Shown: positions 9,142 through 18,753 of the stretch, in pieces
Numbering within the stretch: position 1 is the first letter of the stretch
How the letters are laid out: each line of letters starts with the position of its first letter
NCBI GenBank assembly: GCA_003248395.1
Contig: QFNA01000006.1
Coordinates: 246 to 64,245, forward strand
DNA from: Citromicrobium sp.
Lineage (GTDB): Bacteria; Pseudomonadota; Alphaproteobacteria; Sphingomonadales; Sphingomonadaceae
Reading direction: 5' to 3'
Length of the DNA stretch: 64,000 nt
Notes under the pieces: generated by a model
Databases searched by the model: none
What the model was told of the DNA's origin: nothing
Seen by the model: only the letters and a program-made list of their open reading frames with translations
Program-made: the position numbers and the translations under genes

Positions 9142-11447
9142 CGCTTCTTGCCGCGCCCCTGGTGGCGGATGTTGCCGGGGCGGCCACGCTTGCCCTGGGT
9201 GTGGGCTTGGCGAGGGGCGCCCTGCCCCTTGCGTTGCGGCTTCTTCTTCGGTGGTGGGCGGTTGCCGCGCTTTTCGATCGGCGCACCCTCGCTGTCGGGC
9301 ACTTCGAACTTGAGCGCCCCGGTCAGGGCGTTCGCCTCGGCCAGCTTCAGTTTCAGGCGGTCGCCCACGGCATAGGTCGTGCCGCTGTCTTCGCCGACCA
9401 GTTCCTGCGCGCCTTCGTCATAGCGGAAATATTCGCGCCCTAACGTGGATACAGGGACCAGCCCGTCCCCACCCAGCTGCTCGATCGTGGCGAAGAAACC
9501 GAAGCCCTGCACGCCGGTGATGCGCGTGTCGAAGGTCTCGCCCACGCGGCCTGACAGCCATGCGGCGACATAGCGATCGATCGTGTCGCGCTCGGCCTCC
9601 ATCGCGCGGCGCTCGGTCTGGCTGATCGCGTCGGTGATCTGGCTGAGCGCGGACTTGTCGCGGTCGGAAAGCCCGGTGGCTTCGGGGATCGACTTGTCCT
9701 GCGGCTTTGGCTGTTCGAGCTTGTAGGCATCGACCAGCGCGCGGTGGACCAGAAGGTCGGCATAGCGGCGGATCGGCGAGGTAAAGTGGGCGTAGCTCCC
9801 GAGGGCCAGACCGAAGTGTCCGGCATTGGCAGGGCCATAATAGGCCTGCGTCTGGCTGCGCAGGACCGCTTCCATTATCAGAGCCTTTTCAGCGGGATCG
9901 GAGATATCTTTCAGCATCCGGTTGAAGAGACCCGGGGTGATCACCTGCCCCATCGCGAAGCTGCGACCCTGGCTGGCCAGATATTCCTTGAACGCCATCA
10001 GCTTCTCGCGGCTCGGCGTTTCGTGGACGCGATAGACCACCGGCGCGGCCTTTTCCTCCAGCGCCTTGGCCGCCGCGACATTGGCGGCGATCATGAAATC
10101 CTCGACCACGCGATGCGCGTCGAGCCGTTCGCGTACGGCGATTTCCTCGATCACGCCTTCGTCATTCAGCCGCACCTGCCGCTCGGGCAGTTCGAGGTCG
10201 AGCGGATCGCGCGCCTGTCGCGCCTTGTAGAGCAGCTTCCATGCGCCCCACAGGTTCTTCAGCCCATCGTCAGCGCTGCCATCGTCCATGGCCTTCTGCG
10301 CATCCTCATAGGCGATATTCGCTTCGAGCCGCACGATGGCGCGGGTGAAGCGCCACTTGGTGATCTTGCCCTCGGGCGAGATGTGCAGGTGGCAGGCCAT
10401 GGCTGCGCGGTCTTCGTTCTCGACCAGCGAGCAGGTGTCGGCGCTGAGGATTTCCGGCAGCATCGGCACGACACGATCGGGGAAATAGACCGAATTGCCG
10501 CGCTTCCTCGCCTCGCGGTCGAGCTTACCGCCGGGCCGAACGTAGAACGATACGTCGGCAATCGCGACGATGGCCTTGTAGCCGCCCTCGCCATCCGGCT
10601 CGGCCCAGATCGCATCGTCATGGTCGCGCGCGTCCGCGGGATCGATGGCCACGATAGGCACGTCGCGCAGATCCTCGCGCTTCTCTTCGCTCAGCGGAAG
10701 CTCGGCCACGGCTTGCGCCTCATCCAGCGCTTCTTGCGGGAAGATATGCGGGATGCCGTGTTTGGCGATAGCGATCAGGCTGAAGCTCTTGGGCGCCAGC
10801 GGATCGCCGATCACCTCGACCACCTTCACCTTGGCACGGGGCGATTTGCCCATGGGCTCGGCCAGCACAAGCTCACCTTCCTTCGCCTCGCCAAGATCGC
10901 CGATAGGTGAAGAATTCCGCACCCGCTTGTCGACCGGTGCGAGCCACGGCTTGCCGCTGCCATCCATCTCGACAACGCCCATCAGACCTTCAGTGCGGGC
11001 GGGCAGCTTCTTCGTCGGGTGGACAATCCAGCCCTTCCCGTGCTCTTCGGTCCGGCCAAGGAAGCGGTCGCCCCGCTTCAGTGCCGCGACCTTCTTGCCT
11101 TCCTTCACCACCAGGCGCGGTGGCTTTTCGCCGCTGTCCGGATCCCAGCTTTCGGGAACGGCAATGGGTTCGCCATCCTCTATCTCGACGACCTTGAGTA
11201 CCGTCACCTTGGGCAATCCGCCCATCTTGTGAAAGGCGGTTTTCTTGCCATCGATCAGGCCTTCTTCGGCCATGTCCTTGAGGCGCTTCTTCAGCGCTAT
11301 CTTTTCCTGCCCCTTGATGCCGAATGCCCTGGCGATTTCACGCTTGCCGGCCGGCTTGTCGGAGCTCTGGATGAATTCGATAATCTGTTCTTTGGAGGGC
11401 AGCCCCTGCGGCCGCCCGGTTCTGTTCTGTTTTGTCATGCGCCCCAT
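9138..11447 (-). CDS. rnr: Ribonuclease R
   Basis: IDPADARDHDDA catalytic motif, HFTSPIRRYADL, S1 domain, basic tail. Confidence 0.95.
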   Translation of the reverse strand: MGRMTKQNRTGRPQGLPSKEQIIEFIQSSDKPAGKREIARAFGIKGQEKIALKKRLKDMAEEGLIDGKKTAFHKMGGLPKVTVLKVVEIEDGEPIAVPESWDPDSGEKPPRLVVKEGKKVAALKRGDRFLGRTEEHGKGWIVHPTKKLPARTEGLMGVVEMDGSGKPWLAPVDKRVRNSSPIGDLGEAKEGELVLAEPMGKSPRAKVKVVEVIGDPLAPKSFSLIAIAKHGIPHIFPQEALDEAQAVAELPLSEEKREDLRDVPIVAIDPADARDHDDAIWAEPDGEGGYKAIVAIADVSFYVRPGGKLDREARKRGNSVYFPDRVVPMLPEILSADTCSLVENEDRAAMACHLHISPEGKITKWRFTRAIVRLEANIAYEDAQKAMDDGSADDGLKNLWGAWKLLYKARQARDPLDLELPERQVRLNDEGVIEEIAVRERLDAHRVVEDFMIAANVAAAKALEEKAAPVVYRVHETPSREKLMAFKEYLASQGRSFAMGQVITPGLFNRMLKDISDPAEKALIMEAVLRSQTQAYYGPANAGHFGLALGSYAHFTSPIRRYADLLVHRALVDAYKLEQPKPQDKSIPEATGLSDRDKSALSQITDAISQTERRAMEAERDTIDRYVAAWLSGRVGETFDTRITGVQGFGFFATIEQLGGDGLVPVSTLGREYFRYDEGAQELVGEDSGTTYAVGDRLKLKLAEANALTGALKFEVPDSEGAPIEKRGNRPPPKKKPQRKGQGAPRQAHTQGKRGRPGNIRHQGRGKKR

Positions 11448-11459
11448 ATGGGGACGCGC

Positions 11460-12818
11460 CTACTCGCTGTCATCCTCTTGCGTGGCGACAGGCGCATAGT
11501 CGCCGGCCGGCACGGCGCTCGAGACTGGGCCCATCACTCCATCGGCTCCGGTCGCGCTGACGCCGAAAATCCAGTCATCGCCGCGCACGCCTTCCAATCG
11601 GGCATTGGTGGCGACGACATTCTCCATCACCGGCTGGTCCCGCCAATAAGGCTCGTCGGTCCGGCGCTGCCAGACGGTATAGCCGACGGCTCCCGGCACT
11701 TCGGCCCAAGTGATATCGGTAAAGGTCTGGACCGCAGCTTTGGCAGCAGCAGCCGGTGGCGCGGGCGAACGCGCCAGCTTGTCGAGCGCGCGGATGTTGA
11801 ATTGAGTTACCTTGGCGAGATAGGCGAAATCCATCTCGTCCACGGTATCGCCATAGGTCACGCCCCCTTCGGTCCGCAGGTCCTGATGCTGGTGATCGTA
11901 ATCCTCTACCGCCACGGCGATACGGATCGCCGGAAAGCCTTTTTCCATGAAGGGGATCTGGTCACCGCCACGGCTCATGCGATCGACGCGCCAGATCTGG
12001 CGCACGTCGAGCCCGCCTTGGGTTTCATCGGCAAGATTATCGAGCCAGCGCGACAGGTTACGGCTCGGGCTGTCGTTCTCCCCGCCCTCGCGGCGTTGCA
12101 ACGCGCGGATCGCATCGGTCAGGTCGGCACGCGGGCCTTCCGAGAAAACGCGAACGTGATCGGGATCGCAGAAACCGTCGCTGCTGCAGCTGTTGCCGAC
12201 GATATCGTTGTTGAGCACCGCCTTGACTTGCCAGCCCTGTTCCGCAGCATAGTCCGCCAGCAGGCGCCCGCCGAACAGCCCCTGTTCTTCGCCAGAAAGC
12301 AGGGCGTAGACAATCGTAACCGGATAGCGGGTACGGCTGAGATTGCGCGCGGCTTCCAGCACCAGCACCGTGCCCGAACCATCGTCGTTTGCGCCGGGGG
12401 CATCGCTTTGCCAGTCCATGACATCGGTCACGCGGCTGTCGATATGGCCTTGCACGATGACGACTTCGTTGGGCCGTTCGGTGCCCCGCTGGATGGCAAC
12501 GGCGTTGCGGATGCGGGTCGGTTTGGGCAGCCGTCCGCCCTCGGGCTCCATGCGTTCCGGTGCGACCAACTCAAGGCAATCGCCGCACCCCGCCGAGATA
12601 TTCCGAAACTCGGCCAGTCCCCAGTCGACCGCAGCGCCGATGCCGCGCGTCGGATTGTCCTGTTCCGACAAGGTGTGCCGGGTGCCGAAGCCAACCAGCG
12701 TGTCGACATCGGCGCGAAGTCGTTCCTGCGAAACGCCTGCTGCGGGATCCGACGGCCCGGCTTCCTGCGCGGCGAGCGGCGTTGCGAAAAGAGCGACAAG
12801 CGGGATGAGGTTCTTCAT
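11460..12818 (-). CDS. Secreted M28 family metallopeptidase
   Basis: Signal peptide; GHIDS, GANDDGSG, GEEQGL, NNDIVG, GGDQ motifs. Confidence 0.9.
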   Translation of the reverse strand: MKNLIPLVALFATPLAAQEAGPSDPAAGVSQERLRADVDTLVGFGTRHTLSEQDNPTRGIGAAVDWGLAEFRNISAGCGDCLELVAPERMEPEGGRLPKPTRIRNAVAIQRGTERPNEVVIVQGHIDSRVTDVMDWQSDAPGANDDGSGTVLVLEAARNLSRTRYPVTIVYALLSGEEQGLFGGRLLADYAAEQGWQVKAVLNNDIVGNSCSSDGFCDPDHVRVFSEGPRADLTDAIRALQRREGGENDSPSRNLSRWLDNLADETQGGLDVRQIWRVDRMSRGGDQIPFMEKGFPAIRIAVAVEDYDHQHQDLRTEGGVTYGDTVDEMDFAYLAKVTQFNIRALDKLARSPAPPAAAAKAAVQTFTDITWAEVPGAVGYTVWQRRTDEPYWRDQPVMENVVATNARLEGVRGDDWIFGVSATGADGVMGPVSSAVPAGDYAPVATQEDDSE

Positions 12819-12854
12819 GCCGCCTGTCTCTAACAGTTTGGCGGTCAGTTCAAC

Positions 12855-14396
12855 CTAGTAAGCCTTTGCCAGCAAAACGCGTTCGACCGCCGGGTTGCCG
12901 GTGAAGATGCAGGTGCCGTCGATCGGGGCGGCATCCATCGGCACGTTGCGGATCGTGAGCTTGTGTTCTTTGAGTCGCTCGACGATCTTTTCCAATGCCT
13001 CGCCCGAAGGCTTGGACCACTGGACTTCGACCCACCCGGGATAGCGAGCTCCGTCGAAGTGTTTTTCCACCTCGGCGAAATCTGTGACGCCGCGCGTGAT
13101 GTTGGCATCGCGGCGCTCCTGCGCCTCGGCGAGAAGCGCATTTTGCATATCGGCGAGGACATCGGGAATGGTCTGGGCGGCGGTTTCGCGCGTCGGTGTC
13201 TCGAACGCGGGCTTGCCGGTTTCCTCGTCCCACAGGCGATCGCGCCGCAACAGCGATACCACGCCATTGTCCATGTCGCGGCTACCGACTTCGACGATCA
13301 CCGGCGCCCCTTTGCGGACATAGTCCCAACGCTTCTGCGCGGCCTTTCCGGGCCGCGTGTCGAGCAGGACGCGAACGGGTTCGCCGAGCACCTGCTGAGC
13401 CGCGAGCGTGGCACGCAGCGTTTCGCAGTAGTCGATCAACGCCTGATCTTCGGGCTTGTCGCGCAGCATGGGCAGGATCACCACCTGCTGCGGAGCAATC
13501 CTGGGCGGCAGGCGCAGACCGTCGTCGTCGCCATGGGTCATGATAACGCCGCCGACCATGCGGGTCGACACGCCCCAGCTGGTGGTGTGGGCGAGGCTTT
13601 CGCCGCCGTCCCTGTCCTGATATTTGATACCGCTCGCCTGCGCGAAGTTGGTGCCGAGATAATGGCTGGTCCCTGCCTGCAGGGCCTTGCCGTCCTGCAT
13701 CATCGCCTCGATCGACCATGTCTCGACCGCGCCGGGGAAACGCTCATTCTCCGGCTTCTCGCCCGCGATTACCGCCAGCGACAAATCCTCGTCGGCAAAG
13801 GCGCGATAGACTTCGAGCATGCGTAGTGTGTGCTCTTTCGCCTCCGCCTCGTCGGCATGCGCAGTGTGCCCTTCCTGCCAGAGGAATTCGCTGGTGCGCA
13901 GGAACATGCGTGTGCGCATTTCCCAGCGCACGACATTGGCCCACTGATTGAGCTTGAGCGGCAGGTCGCGCCAGCTCTGCACCCAGCGCGCCATAGCGTC
14001 GCCGATGATCGTTTCCGATGTCGGACGCACGACCAGCGGTTCTTCCAGCTTTGCTTCCGGATCGGGCACCAGCCCGCCGTCCTTGCTTGCAATCAGCCGG
14101 TGATGCGTGACGACGGCCATTTCCTTGGCAAAGCCTTCGACATGCTCCGCCTCACGCTCGAAATTGGACAGCGGGATGAAGATCGGGAAATAGGCGTTCT
14201 CGTGCCCCGTCGCCTTGATCCGGTCATCGAGCAGGCGCTGCATGCGTTCCCAGATGCCAAAGCCCCACGGCCGGATGACCATGCAGCCGCGCACGCCCGA
14301 TTCCTCTGCCATTTCGGCGGCGGATATGACTTCCTGATACCACGCGGCGAAATCGTCTGCGCGGCGAGCGTTCAGGGCATGGCGGATTTGGGCCAC
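12855..14396 (-). CDS. proS: Proline--tRNA ligase (archaeal/eukaryote-like type)
   Basis: VRPTSET, RWEMRTRMFLRTSEFLWQEGHT, LQAGTSHYLG, C-terminal CIFTG..AKAY. Confidence 0.95.
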   Translation of the reverse strand: MAQIRHALNARRADDFAAWYQEVISAAEMAEESGVRGCMVIRPWGFGIWERMQRLLDDRIKATGHENAYFPIFIPLSNFEREAEHVEGFAKEMAVVTHHRLIASKDGGLVPDPEAKLEEPLVVRPTSETIIGDAMARWVQSWRDLPLKLNQWANVVRWEMRTRMFLRTSEFLWQEGHTAHADEAEAKEHTLRMLEVYRAFADEDLSLAVIAGEKPENERFPGAVETWSIEAMMQDGKALQAGTSHYLGTNFAQASGIKYQDRDGGESLAHTTSWGVSTRMVGGVIMTHGDDDGLRLPPRIAPQQVVILPMLRDKPEDQALIDYCETLRATLAAQQVLGEPVRVLLDTRPGKAAQKRWDYVRKGAPVIVEVGSRDMDNGVVSLLRRDRLWDEETGKPAFETPTRETAAQTIPDVLADMQNALLAEAQERRDANITRGVTDFAEVEKHFDGARYPGWVEVQWSKPSGEALEKIVERLKEHKLTIRNVPMDAAPIDGTCIFTGNPAVERVLLAKAY

Positions 14397-14446
14397 GTCG
14401 TTCTTCCTGTATTCTGACTATGCGAAGGGCGCGCGGCCCGATGCCG

Positions 14447-15004
14447 TCATTTGCTCAGCTCGTCCAGCTTCTTCTGCATCGCCGCCATCTGTTCGCGCAT
14501 GGTGGCAAGTTCGTCGGACGGGCCGGGATCAGCATCCTTTTGCGTGGTGCTGCGAGAGCCGGGAATGAAGGCCTCGGCGGCGTTCTGCATCATCTTGATG
14601 TTGGCCTCCGCCATCTTTGCCAGCGGATTGGCCTCCATCCCTTTGGCAAAGGCGGCCTGCAACTGTTCGCGATTGCGCCGGAAATTGGCCATGCTCGCCT
14701 CGAGATAGTCGGGCATCATCGATTGCATCGAATTCCCATACATCGAGATCAGATCGCGCAGGAAGCTGACCGGAAGCATCTGCTGCGGACCGCTGCTTTC
14801 TTCCTCGACGATAATCTGCGTGAGGATGGTGTGCGTAATGTCGTCGCCGGATTTCGCATCGAGGACCTGGAAGTCGACATTCTCACGAACCATTTTCGCC
14901 AGATCGTCTAGCGTAATGTAGCTGCTCGTATCGGTGTTGTAGAGGCGCCGGTTGGCGTACTTCTTGATGATGATCGGTTCACCTTCCGCGGTACGCTTGG
15001 CCAT
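14447..15004 (-). CDS. phaR: Polyhydroxyalkanoate synthesis repressor PhaR
   Basis: IIIKKYANRRLYNTDTSSYITLDDL and ILTQII motifs. Confidence 0.93.
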   Translation of the reverse strand: MAKRTAEGEPIIIKKYANRRLYNTDTSSYITLDDLAKMVRENVDFQVLDAKSGDDITHTILTQIIVEEESSGPQQMLPVSFLRDLISMYGNSMQSMMPDYLEASMANFRRNREQLQAAFAKGMEANPLAKMAEANIKMMQNAAEAFIPGSRSTTQKDADPGPSDELATMREQMAAMQKKLDELSK

Positions 15005-15021
15005 TCGCTGCATCCCCATTC

Positions 15022-15068
15022 TTGTGCAATGCAATGTGCTTAGCACCTGCACAAGGCGCGGTGCAACA
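15022..15068 (-). promoter_or_regulatory. Putative PhaR autoregulatory boxes
   Basis: TGCATTGCACAA (minus, 15022-15033) plus two degenerate GCN3GCA-type copies just upstream of phaR. Confidence 0.55.
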
Positions 15069-15079
15069 TGACGCAAGGG

Positions 15080-16114
15080 TCAAGCGAACCGCCGACCCAG
15101 TGACGTGAGCAATTCATATTGCGAAAGAGCGGTTTGCTGCGCAGCAACGGGCAGCTCATAGGGAAGCTGGACCCAATCCCCCTCGTCTGTTTCGGGTGCA
15201 TTCGACATGTCCAGCACGATCATGTCCATCGAGACTTTTCCAAGGATCGGGAGCGGCTTCTCGCCGGCGAGGAAATGGCCCCCTGCCCAGCTCCGCATTA
15301 TCCCGTCGGCGTATCCGAGTGAGACGACGCCGACACGCATATTCGCAGGGGCCGTGAACGTGGAATTGTACCCCACCACTTCGCCCGCCTCGATCGTGCG
15401 GGTCTGGATGATGGCCGCTTCGGGGTAGGCAACCTGGCCAATCTGACCATCGAATTCATTCCGCGGAATTCCGCCGTAAAGGGCGAGACCGGGACGCGTA
15501 AGGTCGAAGTGATACGCAGCGCCGAGAGCGATGCCCGCGCTGTTCGCAAGACTGGCTCGTTTGTGCCGAACACGCGGAAGAGATTCCCGAAACCTGGCCA
15601 GTTGCCGCGCGTTCATACTGCTGTCTTCGTCGGCACAGGCGAGGTGGCTCATCAGCAGTTCGACATCGAGCGATTGCACGGCGAGATCGGAAAGGTCGCC
15701 GGGTGAAATACCGAGGCGGTTGATGCCCGTATCGATCATTAGATCGCATGGCCCCCCGCCGCTTTCATGCCAGAGCGTTGCCTGCCTCACGCTGTCGATG
15801 ACGGGGCGAACACCCGTCGCGCGGGCAAAGGCGGCCTCTTCGAGATTGAGCGGGCCGTGCAGCACGCTGATCTGCTGCGGCGGCAGATGAGCGAGCAATG
15901 CGGGCACTTCGCTCCAATGGGCGACGAAGTAATCGGCACAGCCGGTATCGCGCAGGATCGGCACGCATTTGTCGACGCCGAGACCGTAGCAATTGGCCTT
16001 GACCGCGGCGCCTGCCGACGCCTCTCCAGACATCCGGTCGAGCGTTCGCCAGTTCCTCTCCAAGGCCGAAACATCGATTCTAAGCCTCAGCGTAGGCGGC
16101 GGTAAATCAGCCAT
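15080..16114 (-). CDS. alr: Alanine racemase
   Basis: AAVKANCYG (PLP lysine), SHLACAD, RPGLALYG, GYADG, GKVSMD. Confidence 0.93.
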   Translation of the reverse strand: MADLPPPTLRLRIDVSALERNWRTLDRMSGEASAGAAVKANCYGLGVDKCVPILRDTGCADYFVAHWSEVPALLAHLPPQQISVLHGPLNLEEAAFARATGVRPVIDSVRQATLWHESGGGPCDLMIDTGINRLGISPGDLSDLAVQSLDVELLMSHLACADEDSSMNARQLARFRESLPRVRHKRASLANSAGIALGAAYHFDLTRPGLALYGGIPRNEFDGQIGQVAYPEAAIIQTRTIEAGEVVGYNSTFTAPANMRVGVVSLGYADGIMRSWAGGHFLAGEKPLPILGKVSMDMIVLDMSNAPETDEGDWVQLPYELPVAAQQTALSQYELLTSLGRRFA

Positions 16115-17744
16115 GCGTTTCTTCGAAATCCTTCGGCGGTCCGTCGGGGATGCCCCACCATGCGACGATCAGCCCGAAGCCGACCACTGCCATCGTATAC
16201 CACAGCCCCGCATAGGCGTTCCCGGTCATGGCCACGATGTAGCCGGCAATCAGCGGCAGGAAGCCGCCGAGGTATCCCGCGCCGATGTGATACGGGATCG
16301 ACATCGAGCTGTAGCGGATCCTCGGCGGAAACATTTCGGACAGCAGCGCCGCGACCGATCCATATGTCAATGCCGACAGCATGCCGAGAACCAGCAGGAG
16401 CGCGATGATCCCGACGATGCTCGTTATTGGCGGCGTCTGCCGGTCGAAATTGTAGCCTGCTGCTTCAAGCCATCCCTGCACGGTGGCCCGCCTGCTTGCC
16501 TCCGGAAGGCCGGCATAATCGTGGATTGATGGGCCGACCCGCAGGATTTTGTCCGTGGCTATCGGCAGGGTTTCGCTCGCCCGAATGTCGTAGGGCACGC
16601 CGAGCGAGGTGAGGTCCTGGAGGATGCGGCCACATTCGCTGGCCTGCACTTCTGCAAAGGGATCGTAAACACACGTGTCACCCTGCACTGTAACCGGTGC
16701 CGCTTCCGCGCTGGCCTTGAGACCAGGATTTGCAAGGGCCCCCATTCCCCAGAAAACCGGAAACAGCAGGGCCAATGTCGCAGCCGCTCCGATAATGATC
16801 GGCTTCTTGCGACCGACACGATCGGACCATTTGCCGACAATGAGGTAGAACCCCATCGCGATCGACCCCGCGATCAGCAGCATGAGCTCGACTAGCCCCT
16901 CGTCAACGCGCATCGGCCCGCGCAGGAAACTCAGGCCGGAAAAGAAGGCGGTGTACCAGATCGTGGTCAGGATGCCGGTAATCCCGAACAGGGCGACGAA
17001 AATGCGCTTGCCATTGCCGGGATAGGTGAGGCTTTCCTTGAACGGATTGGCCGATGTTTCGCCTGCCTCCTTCATTGCCTGAAAGACCGGGCTTTCGGAC
17101 AGTTTCAGCCGCATCCACAACGAGATGGCCAGCAGCAGGATCGAGAGCAGGAACGGTATGCGCCAGCCCCACGCGGCAAAGGCCTCGGGCGGAATGAGCG
17201 CCCTGCAGACGAGGACGACGATGATCGAGAGAACGAAACCGCCGACGACGCTCGCCTGGATAAAGCTCGTGTAGAAGCCGCGCTTTTCCGGCGGGGCATG
17301 TTCGGCGACGTAGATAGCGGCGCCGCCATATTCCCCGCCCAGCGCCAGGCCTTGCAGGATGCGCAGACCGATCACGATGACCGGTGCAGCAAAGCCGATG
17401 CTCGTGGCGCTCGGGATCAATCCGACGCCAGCGGTCGCGATGCCCATCAAGGTCACGGTCACGAGAAAGGTGTATTTACGACCCAGCCTGTCGCCCAGGA
17501 AACCGAAGAGGATGGCGCCCAGGGGGCGAAACCCGAACCCGACCGCAAATCCTGCCCAGACCAGAAGGATCTGCAGCGTCTCGTTGCCGCTGGGAAAGAA
17601 AGCGGCGCCGATCAGGCTGGCGAGTGTGCCGTAAATGAAAAAGTCGTACCATTCGAAGATGGTCCCCGCCGAACTGGCAGCAATGACCAAACGGATTTCC
17701 CTATCGGTCGGCTGGCGCTGTGCGATTGTTGCATCAGCGGTCAT
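16107..17744 (-). CDS. MFS transporter, metabolite:H+ symporter family
   Basis: GTIFEWYDFFIY, GDRLGRK, RILQGLALGGEYGG; start set at MTADAT after GGGGAGGG RBS. Confidence 0.9.
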   Translation of the reverse strand: MTADATIAQRQPTDREIRLVIAASSAGTIFEWYDFFIYGTLASLIGAAFFPSGNETLQILLVWAGFAVGFGFRPLGAILFGFLGDRLGRKYTFLVTVTLMGIATAGVGLIPSATSIGFAAPVIVIGLRILQGLALGGEYGGAAIYVAEHAPPEKRGFYTSFIQASVVGGFVLSIIVVLVCRALIPPEAFAAWGWRIPFLLSILLLAISLWMRLKLSESPVFQAMKEAGETSANPFKESLTYPGNGKRIFVALFGITGILTTIWYTAFFSGLSFLRGPMRVDEGLVELMLLIAGSIAMGFYLIVGKWSDRVGRKKPIIIGAAATLALLFPVFWGMGALANPGLKASAEAAPVTVQGDTCVYDPFAEVQASECGRILQDLTSLGVPYDIRASETLPIATDKILRVGPSIHDYAGLPEASRRATVQGWLEAAGYNFDRQTPPITSIVGIIALLLVLGMLSALTYGSVAALLSEMFPPRIRYSSMSIPYHIGAGYLGGFLPLIAGYIVAMTGNAYAGLWYTMAVVGFGLIVAWWGIPDGPPKDFEETHG

Positions 17745-17778
17745 GGCGTTCCCTCCCCCCACGAAATCGGAGGGCAGA

Positions 17779-18207
17779 TTAGCCCTCGTCTCGTTCCTTG
17801 GAAAGCGCGTCGAGCGCGGCCTTCCACGGGAGCATGATCGCGCCGTGACGTCCGGGAAAATCGCGCGCAGGCGCGAGAAGCTCGATATCGGGCCATTCGG
17901 GTCTTGCATCGCCTTGACCAAGCCAGGCGTCGAGCTGGTCGAGGACTGTATTGAGGTCTTGCAGATTGCGGTCAGCGACGTGGCGCGCGAATATCGCCGC
18001 TGCCGCCTGCCCCACGGCACAAGCCGAGACACGCAATCCGAGATTGTCGAAAGCGGCGTCTGCAGACAGCGCAATGACACTGCCGCAGGTGCGCGAGCGA
18101 GCCTCACCCTGCAGCGTTGCATCCAACTTGTACGGATAGGCGCCCAGTTCGACCGCGAGCGCGAGGAGGTCGGTGGAATACAGCGTATTCCGGCGTGGAT
18201 CACTCAC
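17779..18207 (-). CDS. Iron-sulfur cluster scaffold-like protein (IscU/NifU N-terminal)
   Basis: SRTCGS, SACAVGQAAA, FPGRHGAIMLPW. Confidence 0.8.
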   Translation of the reverse strand: MSDPRRNTLYSTDLLALAVELGAYPYKLDATLQGEARSRTCGSVIALSADAAFDNLGLRVSACAVGQAAAAIFARHVADRNLQDLNTVLDQLDAWLGQGDARPEWPDIELLAPARDFPGRHGAIMLPWKAALDALSKERDEG

Positions 18208-18737
18208 TCTGCATCGGCCTCGGCAGCTTCACGCTCGCCAAGCAATTGTGCGCGGCGTTCGGCAAGGACCTCGACCAGCGCCCGCGATCCGCTGTCAACC
18301 AGTTCATAGCTGCGGGCGGTGGTCATCCACACGGGACGGCCGCGATAATCCCATACGCTGTCATAGCCGAGCACGAGCAGGGAGAAGCCGATGATGACGA
18401 TGAGCATGCCCTTCAGGCCGCCAAACCCGAAGCCCAGAACGCGATCGATGGGGCCGAGGAAGGAGTCGCGCGAAACCTTGCCGACATTCGTCGCAATGAC
18501 CTTCATCGCGGCATAGGGAATGAGAAGCAGCAGGGCAAAGGCGAGTACGCTGGTCGAAACGCCACCTCCGATGTAATCCTGCATTGCGAGTGTCAGAGGC
18601 GTATGCAGGAACCGGATCGCCATCACCGCCAGCAGCCACGCGGCCAGCGAGAGCATTTCCTGCAAAAAGCCGCGCATGAAGCCGCCAATCGCGGCAACCG
18701 CGACTATCAGAAGTACAATGTAATCGAAGCCCGTCAT
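18204..18737 (-). CDS. cvpA: CvpA family membrane protein
   Basis: GFMRGFLQEMLSL, IDRVLGFGFG; downstream of radA. Confidence 0.88.
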   Translation of the reverse strand: MTGFDYIVLLIVAVAAIGGFMRGFLQEMLSLAAWLLAVMAIRFLHTPLTLAMQDYIGGGVSTSVLAFALLLLIPYAAMKVIATNVGKVSRDSFLGPIDRVLGFGFGGLKGMLIVIIGFSLLVLGYDSVWDYRGRPVWMTTARSYELVDSGSRALVEVLAERRAQLLGEREAAEADAE

Positions 18738-18753
18738 GATCCCGCAGCAACAT

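Noticed and set aside
11019..12833. 604-aa plus-strand ORF (likewise 37537..39465 and 56183..57988)
   Set aside because: Antisense to well-supported genes.
15040..15066. CIRCE element (TTAGCAC..)
   Set aside because: No matching GAGTGCTAA half; better explained as PhaR boxes. No CIRCE was seen at dnaK or hrcA either.
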